64,000 nucleotides of DNA from Chiloscyllium plagiosum (taxonomy: Eukaryota). The DNA lies in NCBI RefSeq assembly GCF_004010195.1, contig NC_057728.1, positions 49,089,065 to 49,153,064 of the forward strand. The letters are read 5' to 3'. The notes under the pieces are model-generated. The model saw nothing but the letters and a program-made list of their open reading frames with translations. It searched no databases and was not told where the DNA came from. A program made the translations under genes and the position numbers. Positions 62,020-64,000 of the stretch are shown here, piece by piece (position 1 is the first letter of the stretch; every line of letters begins with the position of its first letter).

Positions 62020-64000
62020 ATTTATGCAGATGGCAACCATGGTGGCTATTCACTGAGATATACAAAGGAATATAGGAACAAGAGTAGGCCGTTCAGCTCC
62101 TTGAGCCTGTTCCATCATTCAATGAGATCATGGCTGAGCTGTGGCCTAACTCTATATATCTGCCTTAGATCCATATCACTTGATACTTTTGCTTAACAAA
62201 AAAACTCTCTCAGATTTAGAATTAACAACTGATCCAATACCATTTATGGAAGAGAATTCCAAACATCTACTATCCTCTACATGTAGAAGTGGTTCCTAAC
62301 ATCTCTGCTGAATGGTCTGGCCCTAATTCTCAGACTAGTTCTACAATCCCCAATCAGCAGAAATAATTTACCTTAATCTACCCTGTCTTTTCCTGTTAAT
62401 ATCTTGAAGACTTCAATAAGATCACCTCTTAATTTTCCAAAATTAACTGGCCTAATTTCTGTAATCTTTCCTCATAACCTGACTCCTGAAGTCGAGGTAT
62501 TATTCTTGTAAACCTATGTAGCGCTGTCTCCAAGGCCAAAATATCCTCCTTTATGCATGGTGCCCAGATCTGCTCACAGTACTCCAAGTGGAGTGTAACC
62601 AGGGTTTTGTAAAACTGCAGCATAACTTCTGCATCCATGTACACCAGTCCTTTAAATTTAAAGGCCAGTAGTCCATTAGCTTTCTTGATTATTTTTTGCA
62701 CCTGATTGTCACATTTTATAGGTCTAAAGATCTCTTTGGACATCTATTGTATTTAACTCCATACTGTCTAGAAATCACCCTGATCTATCCTTTAATGGTC
62801 TAAAATGGATAATCTCACACTTGCCTATGTTGAACGCAATCTGCCAGAGTTTTGCCCATTCACTTTGTCTATCAATATCCCTTAGTAATGTTATGCTATC
62901 ATCTACACTGTCGAAAATTAATTTACTTTGCGTCATCAGCAAATGTGCACATATAACTTTCAATGCCATTATCCAAGTCATTGATAAATAATGTGAATAA
63001 TTGACCCACTAACACAGATCTTTGTGAGACATTACTGGTCACATCCTGCCAATTTGAGTACTTTTTATCCATTATCCCTACTTTTTGTCACTTGCCACTC
63101 AACCAATTGCCCAGTCATGTCAGTAATTTGCCTTCAATTGTGGAGGCTTCTACCACAGACAACAGTCTCTTATGTAGGACTTTATCAAATGTCATCTGGA
63201 AGTCCATATAAACAACATCCCATAGACATTCCCCTGTCCAATGCCTTAGTCACCTCTTCAATAAAATTTACTGATGTTTACCAGGCATCCCCCGCCTGTC
63301 ATGAGTCCTTACTGGCTCGCCCTGATTAACTGAAATTGTCAAGACGTTCAGTCAGTTCATCCTTGATTAGAAACTCCAACAATTTCCCCACCACAGATAT
63401 TAGGTTAACATGTCTGTAATTCCCTTGTCTTCCTCTTTCATCCTTCTTAAAAATCAGATTGACATTTGCAATTTTCTAATCACGTGGACAACTCCTGTAT
63501 TTGGAGAACTCTAAAAGGCTGTAGTTAGAACGGCAGGTCAGGCAGTATCCAAGGAGCAGGAGAATTGACGTTTTGGCATAAGCCCTTCAATCAAGATTCC
63601 TGATGAAGGGCTTCTGCCCGAAACATTGATTCTCCTGCTCCTCGAATACTGCCTGACCTCTTATCCTTTTCCAGCACCACACTCTCGACTCTGATTTCTA
63701 GCATCTGCAGTCCTCACTTTCTCTGAGGTTATCGTTAGGGCCTGTACAATGTGCTCCCCTATGCCCATTAACACCCTCTGATGGAAACCATCAGGACATG
63801 GGGAATTGTCATTCTTTAATATCATTAATTCCCTCATTACTGATGTATTACATGCTAATTTTATTCAGTCCCTGTTCCTAATCCATTATTAGTTTCCTTG
63901 GGACATCTGACAAGCTATTTTCTCCCATAAATACTGAGGCAAAGTAATTATTCTGCCATTTCCCCATAGTCATTGACAATATCCTCGCTTTCAGTCTTAG
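62020..64000 (-). mobile_element. Old CR1-type LINE (RT and 3' end) with nested palindromic Penelope repeat (~63530-63725)
   Basis: MLQFYKTLVTLHLEYCEQIWAP and WAKLWQIAFNIGKCEIIHF motifs; nested repeat with degenerate CTGATGA...GAAAC at 63600-63624. Confidence 0.8.

Noticed and set aside
1..64000. Prokaryotic systems (CRISPR arrays, operons, defence islands)
   Set aside because: The sequence is a spliced vertebrate locus; no regularly spaced repeat-spacer array or bacterial gene structure seen.

Overview
Vertebrate genomic DNA, very probably from a shark or other elasmobranch (inferred from HE1-type V-SINEs, their partner CR1/HER1-type LINEs and abundant Penelope-derived repeats). The one intact protein-coding gene is CPSF6 (CFIm68) on the minus strand. 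It has 9 coding exons (58636 to 31424; 1668 nt, 555 aa), all with GT-AG boundaries and consistent phases, a CpG-island promoter at ~58-58.8 kb, and a non-coding terminal exon starting at 19017 with tandem poly(A) signals. The rest is a dense patchwork of CR1, L1/Tx1, Rex1-like and Penelope retroelements and tRNA-derived SINEs. Most notable unexplained signals: (1) a ~8.7 kb tract (7.3-16.0 kb) just downstream of CPSF6 that reads like decayed intronless protein-coding DNA of unknown origin, split by younger LINE/SINE insertions (candidate endogenous viral element or unknown large transposon; not identified); (2) minimal hammerhead ribozyme cores in the Penelope-derived repeats, one sense to the CPSF6 pre-mRNA inside a perfect 83-bp hairpin; (3) two CR1/Penelope chimeric insertions; (4) candidate NMD-coupled alternative splice sites in CPSF6 intron 5 and intron 9, a candidate recursive splice site, and downstream non-coding exons. 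Repeat boundaries are approximate. All comparisons with human CPSF6 and named repeat families are from recall, not from database searches.
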